The notes below the pieces were generated by a model. The model saw nothing but the letters and a program-made list of their open reading frames with translations, had not been told where the DNA came from and did no database searches. This document shows positions 39,550-49,769 of a stretch of DNA of 64,000 nucleotides, in pieces. The translations under genes were made by a program, and so were the position numbers. This stretch comes from Candidatus Hydrogenedentales bacterium (GTDB lineage: Bacteria > Hydrogenedentota > Hydrogenedentia > Hydrogenedentales > GCA-2746185): assembly GCA_038916785.1 (NCBI GenBank), contig JBCLBO010000006.1, forward strand, positions 2,932 through 66,931. The letters run 5' to 3'. Every line of letters starts with the position of its first letter. Positions within the stretch are counted from its first letter, which is position 1.

Positions 39550-41003
39550 CGCACCGCGACTGTTTGTGCACCGGCGAGGCGCCGCTGAGCGGGCTGAGCC
39601 GCCGGCAATTTCTTGGGCGCTTTGGGATGGGGCTGGGCGCGATGGCGCTGGGCGACCTGATTCACGCGGACACGCCGGTGATCGGCGCGGATGGCGACGC
39701 CTCGATCGGGCCGCAGTTCGCGCCGAAGGCGAAGCGGGTCATTTATCTGTTTCAGGGCGGCGGTCCTTCGCAGCTCGATCTCTTCGACTACAAACCGATG
39801 TTGAACCAGCGCAATGGCGAACAACTGCCGGAGTCCGTGCGCGGGCGCCAGCGGCTCACCGGGATGTCGGCGAACCAGGCGACGCTGCCGATGGCGGGCA
39901 GCCAGTTTACTTTCGTGCAGCACGGCGCGAGCGGGGCGTGGGTGAGCGACGCCTTACCGCACATCGCGGGGATCGCGGACGACCTCTGCTTCGTCAAGTC
40001 GCTGTACACCGAGGCGATCAATCACGATCCGGCGATCACGTTTTTTCAGACGGGATCGGAAATCGCGGGGCGTCCGTCGGTCGGCGCGTGGCTCAGCTAC
40101 GGCCTCGGCAGTGAGAACGCGAACCTGCCCGCGTTCGTGGTAATGCTGACCAAGGGCGAGAGCGGGCAGCCGCTCTACTCGCGGCTGTGGGGCAGCGGGT
40201 TCCTGCCGTCGAACCACCAGGGCGTGCACTTTCGTTCGGGCGAGGACCCCGTGCTGTATCTCGGCAATCCCGCGGGCGTGTCGGAGGCGAGCCGGCGTTT
40301 GCTGCTCACGCGGTTGAACGAACTCGAAGAGGCGAACCGGTCCACGATCGGCGACTCCGCCGTGAACGGCCGCATTGCACAGTATGAGATGGCGTTTCGC
40401 ATGCAGACCTCCGTGCCGGAGGTGACGGATCTTTCCGCTGAGCCCGATTCGATCTTCGAGGAATACGGTGCGGACTCGCGCACGCCGGGAACTTACGCGG
40501 CCAATTGCATCCTCGCGCGGCGGCTCGCGGAGCGCGGCGTGCGCTTCGTGCAGCTTTTTCATCGCGGCTGGGACCAGCACGGCGATTTGCCCGCGGGATT
40601 GCGCGAGCAATGCCGCGAGACGGACCAGGCGACGGCGGCGCTCGTGCGCGATCTGAAGCGGCGCGGGCTGCTCGACGAGACGCTGGTCGTGTGGGGCGGT
40701 GAATTTGGCCGGACGAGTTACTCGCAGGGCACGCTGACCGCGGACAACTACGGGCGCGATCACCATCCGCGGTGTTTTACGGCGTGGATGGCGGGCGGCG
40801 GCGTCAAACCGGGGATCAGCTACGGCGCGACGGACGACTTCGGGTACAACGTGGCGTCCAACGGCGTGCACGTGCACGATTTCCATGCCACCATGCTGCG
40901 CCTGCTCGGCATCGACCATGAGCGACTGACCTATAAGTATCAGGGCCGGAGATTCCGGTTGACCGACGTGCATGGCAAGGTCGTAACTGATCTGCTCGCC
41001 TGA
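39546..41003 (+). CDS. DUF1501 domain protein (Tat-exported)
   Basis: SRRQFL; PKAKRVIYLFQGGGPSQLDLFDYKP; WGGEFGRT; GRDHHP; YQGRRFRLTDVHG. Confidence 0.92.
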   Translation: MTHRDCLCTGEAPLSGLSRRQFLGRFGMGLGAMALGDLIHADTPVIGADGDASIGPQFAPKAKRVIYLFQGGGPSQLDLFDYKPMLNQRNGEQLPESVRGRQRLTGMSANQATLPMAGSQFTFVQHGASGAWVSDALPHIAGIADDLCFVKSLYTEAINHDPAITFFQTGSEIAGRPSVGAWLSYGLGSENANLPAFVVMLTKGESGQPLYSRLWGSGFLPSNHQGVHFRSGEDPVLYLGNPAGVSEASRRLLLTRLNELEEANRSTIGDSAVNGRIAQYEMAFRMQTSVPEVTDLSAEPDSIFEEYGADSRTPGTYAANCILARRLAERGVRFVQLFHRGWDQHGDLPAGLREQCRETDQATAALVRDLKRRGLLDETLVVWGGEFGRTSYSQGTLTADNYGRDHHPRCFTAWMAGGGVKPGISYGATDDFGYNVASNGVHVHDFHATMLRLLGIDHERLTYKYQGRRFRLTDVHGKVVTDLLA

Positions 41004-41106
41004 ACCGTGCGCCTAAGCAGTTGCGGCCGTTGAACTTAGCGATCTAGGCGTGCCGCACAACCATCCGCGCGCCCGGCTTGTCCAAGATATATCGCTTGGG
41101 GTACCT

Positions 41107-41832
41107 ATGAACGTTGTCGAGGTCGAGGGACTGTCGGTGCGCTACGGCCGGCGCGTCGCCCTCGATGGCGTGAGCCTGACGCTGCCGCGCGGGGCGGCGG
41201 GACTGCTGGGCCCGAACGGCGCGGGCAAGAGCACGCTGATGAAGACGCTGCTTGGTTTCCTGCGCGCGGATTCGGGGTGGGTGCGCGTGCTCGGCCACGA
41301 GATGCCCGCGCAGGCGCTCGAGGTGCGCCAGCGGATCGGATTCATGCCCGAGCGCGACCTGATGAGCCCGAAGGTGAGCGCGGTCTCGTTCCTGGTGTAT
41401 TGCGGGCGGCTGCACGGCATGAGCCGGCCGGACGCGATGGAGCGCACGCACGCGGTGCTCAATTACGTAGGCGTCGGCGAGAGCCGGTACCGCAAGATGG
41501 AGACGTATTCGAAGGGGATGTGCCAGCGCGTGAAGTTCGCGCAGGCGATCATCCACGATCCGAAGTTGTTGTTGCTCGACGAGCCGACGAATGGGCTCGA
41601 CCCTGCGGGCCGGATTGAGATGCTGGACCTCATCGCGGAACTCGTGCGAAAACGGGACATCGCGGTCGTGCTGTCTACGCACCTGCTGCCGGACGTCCAG
41701 CGCGTGTGCGACCATCTGGTGATCGTGAACCAGGGCCGCGTCGTGCGCAGCGGGACCCTCGAATCGCTCACTGGGACGCGGGCAGGATCGAGCTACGCGT
41801 TCATGCGCGCGCGGCCGAGTTTACGCAGGCGA
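41107..41832 (+). pseudogene. ABC ATPase 1: ATPase domain intact, C-terminal domain frameshifted and truncated
   Basis: GPNGAGKS, YSKGMCQR, LLDEPTNGLDP, STHLL; the continuation [16 protein letters not shown] lies in another frame. Confidence 0.75.
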
Positions 41833-42110
41833 TCGAGCACGACCCGGAGCTGCTCATTCTCGACGAGCCGATGTCCGGCCTGGATCCCGAGGGCCGCGAA
41901 GAAGTCTTCGAGGTGATCGGGCGGCTGGGCGCGGCCGGGCGGTGATCGTGTCGAGCCATGTGTTGTATGAGATCGAGCGCGTGACGGACAACATCCTGCT
42001 GATGCACGGCGGGTGCATCTTGGCGCAGGGACCGGTGCGGCACATCCGCGAACTCATCGACGAGCATCCACATTCGGTGCGGATCGAGAGCCCGGAGGCG
42101 CCGCGCTGGC
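41826..42110 (+). pseudogene. ABC ATPase 2 remnant (Walker B onward only)
   Basis: [21 protein letters not shown] with no Walker A; frameshift/stop between AAGR and [12 protein letters not shown]. Confidence 0.75.
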
Positions 42111-42957
42111 CTTCGCAGTCGCGTTCGCCCTGCACGCCGGCGCCGAACCGGCGAAGGATAGCTACAAGGAAACGGTCGATCAGACCTTTGCCTTAACGGC
42201 TGGCGGCACGTTCACGATCGAGAATCGCAACGGGTCGATCGAGCTATCGACCTGGGACAAGGACGAAGTGCGGGTGGTCGCTGAAAAACAGATGAAGATC
42301 GGCGGCGGCTGGTCGCTGGCGCGCCTGATCGGACTCAAGCAATCCCCGATCGAGACCGACGCGGACGCACAGGCCCTGTTCGCGCAGTTGGCCGTCGAGT
42401 TTTCCGGGGACGAGAAGGGCCGCACGGTGATGACCCGGTATCCCGAATCGCGAGACGTCAATTGCACGGTGTCGTATCGGATTACCGCGCCGCGAAAGAC
42501 GAAGGTCGATCTCAACACGGTCAATGGGAGCATTCAGGTGCGTGGCGTCGAGGGAGAGGCGGCGGTGTCGACGACCTCCGGCTCGATCTCGATCGAGGAC
42601 GTGATCGGCCGCGTACGCGCGGTGAGCACGAACGGGCGCGTAGAGCTTGAGGGCATCTCCGGCGCTATTATCGCGAAAACGACAAACGGTTCTGTGTCGG
42701 CGAGTTTGTCCGGCGAGGCACATGTCGACGACGTCGAGATGCACAGCGTGAACGGCAGCGTGCGGCTGTATGTGCCGGCAAACGCGGCGTTCTCGATCAA
42801 GGCGCGCACGGTGAACGGCTCGGTGAAGTGCGACCTACCGCTGGCGAGCGTGAGCGAGCAGACTCGGAAGCGGCTGGACGGCGTCGTCGGTTCGCAGGGC
42901 GCGCACGTGGAGATGAGCACGACCAACGGCAGCGTACAGATTGGGGCGGTGAGTTAA
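42101..42957 (+). pseudogene. DUF4097 (beta-strand repeat, adhesin-like) protein lacking its start codon
   Basis: TFTIENRNGSIEL; repeated T[VT]NGS[IV]; signal peptide remnant ALAFAVAFALHAGA joined directly to the ABC remnant. Confidence 0.65.
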
Positions 42958-42988
42958 GCGTGGCGGAGTAGGTCACGCGCGCCCGTCC

Positions 42989-44063
42989 GTCAACGCGCGG
43001 GTGGTCGCGATTGGAGACTCCTTCACGTATGGGTGGGGTGTGGCGCTGGACGAGACCTGGGTAACGCTCGTAGGGGACGGCCTGCGCGCGGCGGGACACG
43101 ACGTCGAAATGTTGAACCTGGGAATTCCGGGCGCCTGGCCGGGGCGCTACGCGGAGACGGCCGAAGACGCAGTGGCCGGTGCTCAAGCCGGATCTGATCG
43201 TCGTGGCGCTGTTGCAGGGGGACGATCTGCGGTAATGCGATCGCGTGCTCACACCCGATCCCGCGAATTCTCCGGGTGCGGCGATTCCCGCGGCCGGACC
43301 GATTAACACGAAGGCCGCGGGCGACACGGGGGAGCCGGGAATCGTCCGCTTCGTCAGGCACGATCTCTTTCCCAATCTGGCTGGTGTGTCCGCCGCGCGG
43401 CGGATTGCGATGTACAAGTATCTCGACGAGAAGTCCGAGAGGAAATGGAACTTCATCCAGAACGAATGGAAGAAGCAACACCGGACCTTCATCCATACCT
43501 TTAACGAATCGGAATTGGCCCGATTTCATACGCTGCCCGAACACCTCCAGCGCGCGTTCGAGAACGGCGATCTCAATCCCATGAGTCTGTTGAATTTGAT
43601 TCGCGGCGGCGGGATTCCGGGAGCGGACAAGGCGGGGCCGCCGCGGCTTTCGGATGAGTTCGACCTACAGTCGACGCTTATGCAGCAGCGCATCGCCATC
43701 TGCGCGGAGAACCTGGGGCGCATCAAGCGGGCGGCGGAGTCCTGCGGCGCAAAGGTGCTGGTTATTTCCGTGCCGGCGATGGGTTACGTTACGCCGACGG
43801 GCTGGACCCGCCTGTACGCGGATGCGGCGGATGAATCGAAGACACTGGAGAACGCGGAGTCGCTGGTGACGACCGTGCCCGATGAGGCCGCGCGCATTGC
43901 GTGCGAGCGCGCCGGGGTCCCGTTCGCAGAAGTGACGGCGGCGTTTCGGGATAGGGCCAAGGGTCTGAAGTGTTTTTACGATTACGACACCCATTTTACG
44001 GTCTCGGGCAACCGCCTCTTCGCCGAACTCGTTGTGCCTGTCGTCGCGGATGCGATTGAGTAG
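42989..44063 (+). pseudogene. SGNH/GDSL hydrolase pseudogene
   Basis: VAIGDSFTYGWGV, NLGIPG and C-terminal DTHF; no upstream start; frameshift near 43172; in-frame TAA near 43233. Confidence 0.72.
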
Positions 44064-44120
44064 CGGTCCTCTTGGGGGTCACTGTACCGGATTTTTTGGC
44101 GCTTGCGCGGTACCGGCGAT

Positions 44121-46574
44121 TTAGCGCCGGTGGGGCGTCGTTTGCCTCCCGCCGCGTCTAGCCGAGGACGCGCCCCCGGAATTATTTGATCGGGCCATCG
44201 GGCCCGTCGTGACTGGGAACGCGCGTCGTTTTCGTGCGGAGTTTGCGCGGCCCCTACGGCGCTCCTTGAAAGCACCCACCACGAATGCAAGATAGACGAG
44301 TCCGGCCGTACACGAGTAGGGGTCCAGTGACAACGCGAGGACCGTTCGCACGGACGCTTTTGCGAAGGGGCGTGCGGCGAGCCAGGTTGCGGCGGAGGGA
44401 CTGAGGCGGTAGTACGCGTCGGTGAACGCTGCGCCAGCGGCGCCGGGTAGAAGGGTATTGTCACGCAGGGCGCGGAAGCGATCCAACTCCGAGGCCAGCG
44501 GCGTTCCATAGGCGGCAGTCGCGATGAAGCACGCGCCGCGTTCTCCGCCACCGGGGCCGGGCTCGGTGCCGTCGCGCGCGGGGTCCAGGGCCGCCAGGAC
44601 GAAGCCATCGACGCCGGTACCGGCTGTCCGTGCGTTGTGAAATTCGACGGCGTTGGACAGCCCGTCGCCATCGACGTCGCCGGCGCCGGAGAGCGGCTCG
44701 ATCGTGGCGCGCGGAGTGCCCTCCGAGCGGATGCTGGGCGGGAAGGGGTCCTCGGGGGTGCAGGCGCCGCCTTCCTCGCAGGCGACATGTTCGTATGCGG
44801 CGCGCAGCGTGATGTTCCGTCGGTTCTGCAGGGTCGTTCTGATGTGGCCCGCGAGCGCGTCGCTTCCCGACATGGCAAGAGTCACCAGCGCGCGAAACCG
44901 GCGGCCTTCGATGAAGTCGGTACGATCGAATGCGTCCATGTTGCGCCCGAAGGCGTTGAGAAGCGCCGTGCGCACCGGGGCGTTGTTACCCTCGCCGCAG
45001 GCGATGGCGAGCATGAGTTTAATGTAGGCGCGGACGGAAACCCCGTCGACGAGCGCTGCCTGTCCGAAGAGGGAGAGCGCATCGTCGAGTTGAGCCTCGA
45101 CGCGCTCTCGCTCGCCGCACGCGTCGGGTAAGGTGGGCGGCGAAAGCGCTTCCGCGGTGAGCGAGGACAAAAGCGAGGCCAGCTCGGCCTGGACGCCGGC
45201 CGTCTCGGGAAGATTCAACAGGTTTGTGGTCTCATTGGGATCGGCGAGGACGTCATACAGGTGGCGCACGTCGCCTTCGGAATAGATGTAGTCTCCCGTC
45301 CAGACGGCGAACCAGGAGGGCAAGAAGATCTTTTCGAGGTGCAGCCACGCGCCGGGGTGGATGGGACCCTGCCCGCCGTGCGCCCACGCGCTCATGTCGT
45401 CACCTTGCATGCGCCAAGGCACGGGGAGATCGGCCAGCGAGAGGATGGTCGGCGCGAGATCGATCGTGCTGATGATAGTATCCAGTTGCTGGCCGGCGGG
45501 TATTTCCCGGGGCCACCGCATGATCAGCGGAACGCGGAACGCGTTCTGATACGGAAGGTCTTTGTAGCGGAAATCGGGGGGCCTGAAGCTGAAGCGGTCC
45601 CAATGGCTCCCGAGGAGATCGCCGTTGTCTCCGGTGAAGATCACGATTGTATTATCGGCCTCGCCGAGCGCTTCGAGATCGGCGAGCATGTTTCCAATTT
45701 CGTAATCGACAAACGTGACCATCGCGTAGACCACTTGGAGCGTTTGCCGCGCGACGATTTCCTGATCCGGAGTGAGGCCTTCGGGAATCCAGCCCGGAAG
45801 CGGAATGGTATCGGGGTCGTACAGCGCCATGAATTCCGGCGGCGCTTCGTTGGGTGTGTGCGGCGGGCCGATCGCCACTTCATACATCCACGGGCGGTCC
45901 GCATTTTTCTGGCGCTCGGCGAAGTCGCGTAATGCCGCGCGCTGAAATCGCGGCTCCCAGCCAAATTCCGGCACGGGCGTGTACACGGGCGGATCGACGG
46001 AGTCGTCCCACAAAAACGGAGCGTCGTGATCGGTGCAGCACTCGTAGCCCAGCCAATCCTGGAAGCCCCGGCGGCGGCTGGGCCAGACATAGGACTCCGC
46101 GCGAGGGCGGAAACCGAGGGTGACCTCCCCCGTCGCGGGATCGCCGCCTCCGTCGAGGTGCCATTTGCCCGAGTAGCCCGTACCGTAGCCCGCGCGCTCG
46201 AATACTTCCGCGAGGTAGGTCGTGTGCGGCGGATTCATGAACAAGTTGTTGATCCACACTCCGTGGATTGGCACGTAGAGTCCGGTGAGCAGCGTAGCGC
46301 GGCTGGGCGAACACACGGGATGATTCGTCACGTAGCGCGTGAAACGGACGCCTTGGGCGGCGAGCCGATCGAGATTCGGGGTCTGAATGTATGGGTCGAC
46401 GACGCCGAGCGTGGCGTGCATGAAATCGTCCGCGAGTAAGATCAGGACATTGGGAGGATCGCTGGACACGGAAGCCGAAGGCGGTCCTCCAGACCGGAAC
46501 TGCGCGACGGCACCGGCGGCGTAGAGCGACAAGAGGAGCGCTGCGGCAAGTTGCCTAGCCGTGTTTTTCGACAT
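44121..46574 (-). CDS. Sulfatase (Cys-type) with unnamed linker domain and CFI-box C-terminal domain
   Basis: Signal peptide; PNVLILLADD; CSPSRATLLTG (CxPxR); GKWHL; FTGDNGD; ACFIATAAYG...LDRFRALRD..L. Confidence 0.88.
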   Translation of the reverse strand: MSKNTARQLAAALLLSLYAAGAVAQFRSGGPPSASVSSDPPNVLILLADDFMHATLGVVDPYIQTPNLDRLAAQGVRFTRYVTNHPVCSPSRATLLTGLYVPIHGVWINNLFMNPPHTTYLAEVFERAGYGTGYSGKWHLDGGGDPATGEVTLGFRPRAESYVWPSRRRGFQDWLGYECCTDHDAPFLWDDSVDPPVYTPVPEFGWEPRFQRAALRDFAERQKNADRPWMYEVAIGPPHTPNEAPPEFMALYDPDTIPLPGWIPEGLTPDQEIVARQTLQVVYAMVTFVDYEIGNMLADLEALGEADNTIVIFTGDNGDLLGSHWDRFSFRPPDFRYKDLPYQNAFRVPLIMRWPREIPAGQQLDTIISTIDLAPTILSLADLPVPWRMQGDDMSAWAHGGQGPIHPGAWLHLEKIFLPSWFAVWTGDYIYSEGDVRHLYDVLADPNETTNLLNLPETAGVQAELASLLSSLTAEALSPPTLPDACGERERVEAQLDDALSLFGQAALVDGVSVRAYIKLMLAIACGEGNNAPVRTALLNAFGRNMDAFDRTDFIEGRRFRALVTLAMSGSDALAGHIRTTLQNRRNITLRAAYEHVACEEGGACTPEDPFPPSIRSEGTPRATIEPLSGAGDVDGDGLSNAVEFHNARTAGTGVDGFVLAALDPARDGTEPGPGGGERGACFIATAAYGTPLASELDRFRALRDNTLLPGAAGAAFTDAYYRLSPSAATWLAARPFAKASVRTVLALSLDPYSCTAGLVYLAFVVGAFKERRRGRANSARKRRAFPVTTGPMARSNNSGGASSARRGGRQTTPHRR

Positions 46575-46989
46575 GTTTCGCACTGCAACTCCGGGTACGG
46601 CCATCGCAAAGCCTGCGACACATCCGCCAAAAAGCGGCCCGAATCATATCACGAGAGAAACCGGAACGCAGGCCGTCTCCATTTCGGTAGCGGGAGCGGC
46701 GTGAAATAGTGCACATCGGCTGTGAAAATCGAGCTTATCAACACATCGCTGCCTGGTGTGTGTGCGCCGGGGTCAAGTGTTTTTCTGCGCCACGAGATCT
46801 GCCTGAAAAATATCCCGGAGACCTCTTGCGCTGCAGAACACCCTCTGCTATGTTCGACCACCCGCTGGTGTCCCACTTGGTGCGGTTGGCCCGTGCTGAG
46901 TATCGAAGCGGTTGGGGCGATCCGATTGGTGAATGCACGGCAGGGATTGATCGAGCAGCGCGAAGAGACGCCACGGCGCGAGCAGCCGG

Positions 46990-47385
46990 GTGCTTGTGCC
47001 TTGCCGGGCGGAGGACCCGATAGGCGAGGGTCGGGGTCCGCAGGGAGAACTCGGGTGGATATTCGCGCTCGCCGAATCGCCGGGTGCGTTTCACGGGGAA
47101 CTGGTCGCGACCTTGGACGAATTTATCGCGGCGGTCCGTGAGTCGCGGGAGCGCATTGTGCAACTTTCGGCGCGGCTGGCCGAGCGCGAACACTTGTTGG
47201 CGCTGCTCGAAGCGAAAAATGCGTTGCTAGAAGCGCAACTCGAAACTGCACGCGGCGTGGCGCCTGCCGCCTCCCCGCTACCGAGGCCCGCAGGCAGTCC
47301 AAGTGCGGCGCCAGTCGCCATCGCGCCGGCTCCCGCGAAGGCCCACGGTATCTGGAGCCGACTGACTCATTTGGAGCACCGCTGA
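46990..47385 (+). CDS. Hypothetical coiled-coil protein
   Basis: Heptad-like LSARLAEREHLLALLEAKNALLEAQL, Pro/Ala linker, GIWSRL end; start uncertain. Confidence 0.4.
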   Translation: MLVPCRAEDPIGEGRGPQGELGWIFALAESPGAFHGELVATLDEFIAAVRESRERIVQLSARLAEREHLLALLEAKNALLEAQLETARGVAPAASPLPRPAGSPSAAPVAIAPAPAKAHGIWSRLTHLEHR

Positions 47386-47405
47386 GCGGTCGTTTCGTTC
47401 CGCTG

Positions 47406-48194
47406 TCACTTCTTGGTTTCGAGGTGCTTCCGGAAGAAATCCAGCGTCATCGGCCAGGCTTTCGTGGCGGCATCGAGATTGGCTGGAATCGCGGTCTGTG
47501 CGCGCAGGAAGCCGTGTCCCGCGCCGGGGAAAATCGTGTAGTCGAAAGTTTTTCCGAGCCGGTCGAGTTCCTTCTTCGCCGGTTCGATGGTGACGTTGAC
47601 GCGCGCGTCGTTCTCCGCAAAGAGACCGAGAATCGGGGCCTTCACGTTGGCGAGTTCTTCGTTCGTGGGCGCGGTGCCGTAGTAGACGGCTGCGGCGTCG
47701 AGCGCGGGTTGCGCGGTGGCGTAGAGCCAGCTCGAGCTGCCGCCCCAGCAAAAACCGACGGAGCCGATCTTGCCGTTCGCCGCCGGCAGCGAGAGGCCGT
47801 GATCGCGCACGACGTTGAGCCGCTCGATGATCTGCTCCTTTGTGAGCGCGCGCACGACGCCCATCGGGTTACCCTCCATGCCGGTGATCATGTCCGGCGC
47901 GAGGGCGATGAAGCCTTCCTTGGCGAATTGGTCCGCGACCGAATTGACCCAGTCCGTCGCGCCGAAGATTTCGTGAATCACGATGACGACCGGCGCTTTG
48001 TCCGGGCGTTCGGGGAAGACGACTAAGGTGTTCACTTCGCCGCCGGAGGGCAGCTTGAGCCGGACGAATTCCTGGTGGCGCGTCGAGGCCTTCAGCACCG
48101 CCGTGGCGGTATCCTGGTCGGGCGGAACGGCAACCTGCGCAGCGGCAAACGCGGCGGCAAACAACGCTACGGCGACAATACATACGGAACGCAT
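47406..48194 (-). CDS. Secreted dienelactone hydrolase family protein
   Basis: VIHEIFG, GFCWGG, YYG, AENDARV, GAGHGF; signal peptide. Confidence 0.9.
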   Translation of the reverse strand: MRSVCIVAVALFAAAFAAAQVAVPPDQDTATAVLKASTRHQEFVRLKLPSGGEVNTLVVFPERPDKAPVVIVIHEIFGATDWVNSVADQFAKEGFIALAPDMITGMEGNPMGVVRALTKEQIIERLNVVRDHGLSLPAANGKIGSVGFCWGGSSSWLYATAQPALDAAAVYYGTAPTNEELANVKAPILGLFAENDARVNVTIEPAKKELDRLGKTFDYTIFPGAGHGFLRAQTAIPANLDAATKAWPMTLDFFRKHLETKK

Positions 48195-48320
48195 GGTGAA
48201 TCCTCCCAAGAGAAAAGGTATGGCGATCAGCACCAGTGTTCCACAGAAACGAGCCGATTGTCCAGGCTGCGGATGGGGCGATGAGAGGACGTTTGTCGCT
48301 CGTATCGCGACTGGGGGAAT

Positions 48321-49769
48321 TTAGGCCACGGACAAGCCGCAGGCCTCGCGCCAGGCCACGTAGCGTGCATTGCGCGCGTCAGTGCCCAGGCGCGGCTCGA
48401 AGACGCGATCGACGCGGCGCAGCAAGTTCCATGCGGAGGGTGCGATGAGTCCCATGCCTTCGCCGGCGAGCATGGCCGCGCCGAAGGCCGTGGCCTCGAT
48501 GGGCTGCATGCGTTCGACGGGTTGGCCGAGGAAATCCGCCTGCAGTTGCATGAGCAGATCATTGGCCGAGGCGCCGCCGTCGGCTCGGAGCGTGTCCGGC
48601 CGGGGCAGTTTCGCGCCGTGGTAGATCGCATCGAGCACGTCGCGCACGCGGAACGCGATGCCTTCGAGCGTCGCGCGCACGAGATGCTCGCGGCGAGTGC
48701 CGCGGGTGAGCCCGGTGATGAGGCCGCGGCGCGTGGTGTCGCCGTGCGGCGAGCCGAGACCTTGAAATGCGGGCAGCACGAATACGCCGCCGCTGTCCTC
48801 GGCTTCGGCGCCGACCGCGCTGGCCTGCGCGGGATTGTCGAGCAGACCCATGCCGCCGCAGAGCCAGTCGAGCACGGCCCCGGCGGTGATGACCATGCCT
48901 TCGAGGCAGAATTCCGTCGTGTCCCCGCTTCGCCGCAGCGCGAGGGGGTAGGCGCCGGGAATGATCAGCGGTTTTTGGCCCGTGTGCACGTTCGCCGTGG
49001 CCGAAGTCCCGTAGGTGACTTTGCCGTCGCCGGGCGCGCGGCAGCCCTGGGCGATGGCCGCGCTTTGCTGGTCACCGACGATCGCGGCGATGGGCACCGG
49101 CGCGCCGAGCACCTCGCGCGCGGTATCGCCGATGTGCCCCGACGTGTCCACCAGTTGCGGGAAGAGGACGCCGGGGAGTTGTTGTGTGCGGAGCAGCGCG
49201 GCGTCCCAGCCGCCGGTCGCGTAGTCGAAGTAGGCCGTCGCGCAGGCCTGCGAGGGATCGGTCGCGTGAATCCCGCCGCCGGAGATCCGGTAGACGAGAT
49301 ACGAATCGATGTTGCCCCAGGCGAGTTCGCCACGCTCGGCGCGGCCGCGCCCGTCGGGGACGCTCTCGATCGCCGATTCGAGTTTCGCCGCGGCCGATTG
49401 CGGCATCACGAAGAAGCCCGCGTCGCGCAATTCGGCCGAGCGTTCCGTGCCGCGCAGGTCCTGCCAGCTAATCAGCGGCGTGAGCGCGCGGCCCGTGGCG
49501 CGCTCCCAGACGACGCAGCTCGCGCGCTGCGAGGTGACGCCGATGGCGGCGAGGTCCTGCGCGCGGAGCTTCGCCTCGCGCAAGGCCGCGCGCATGAGCA
49601 ACTGCGTCGTCTCGAAGATGTGCGCGGCGTCCTGCTCGACGCGGCCCGGCGCGGGATAGTGGATGGGCAGGGTCTCTCGCGCGCGGGCGCGCACGGTGCC
49701 GTCGAGCCCGAGGATGAGCACGCGGACGCTGGTGGTGCCCGCGTCGATCGCGAGGAGCGCCTCAGGCAT
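48321..49769 (-). CDS. FGGY-family carbohydrate kinase (glycerol kinase-like)
   Basis: IDAGTTS, SWQDLR, WGNIDSYL, GDQQSA, TYGTSA, DGGASAN. Confidence 0.88.
   Translation of the reverse strand: MPEALLAIDAGTTSVRVLILGLDGTVRARARETLPIHYPAPGRVEQDAAHIFETTQLLMRAALREAKLRAQDLAAIGVTSQRASCVVWERATGRALTPLISWQDLRGTERSAELRDAGFFVMPQSAAAKLESAIESVPDGRGRAERGELAWGNIDSYLVYRISGGGIHATDPSQACATAYFDYATGGWDAALLRTQQLPGVLFPQLVDTSGHIGDTAREVLGAPVPIAAIVGDQQSAAIAQGCRAPGDGKVTYGTSATANVHTGQKPLIIPGAYPLALRRSGDTTEFCLEGMVITAGAVLDWLCGGMGLLDNPAQASAVGAEAEDSGGVFVLPAFQGLGSPHGDTTRRGLITGLTRGTRREHLVRATLEGIAFRVRDVLDAIYHGAKLPRPDTLRADGGASANDLLMQLQADFLGQPVERMQPIEATAFGAAMLAGEGMGLIAPSAWNLLRRVDRVFEPRLGTDARNARYVAWREACGLSVA

Noticed and set aside
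41943-41945. Selenocysteine or readthrough at TGA in the ABC remnant
   Set aside because: The continuation (VIVSSH) is in a different frame, so it is a frameshift; no Cys-equivalent position.
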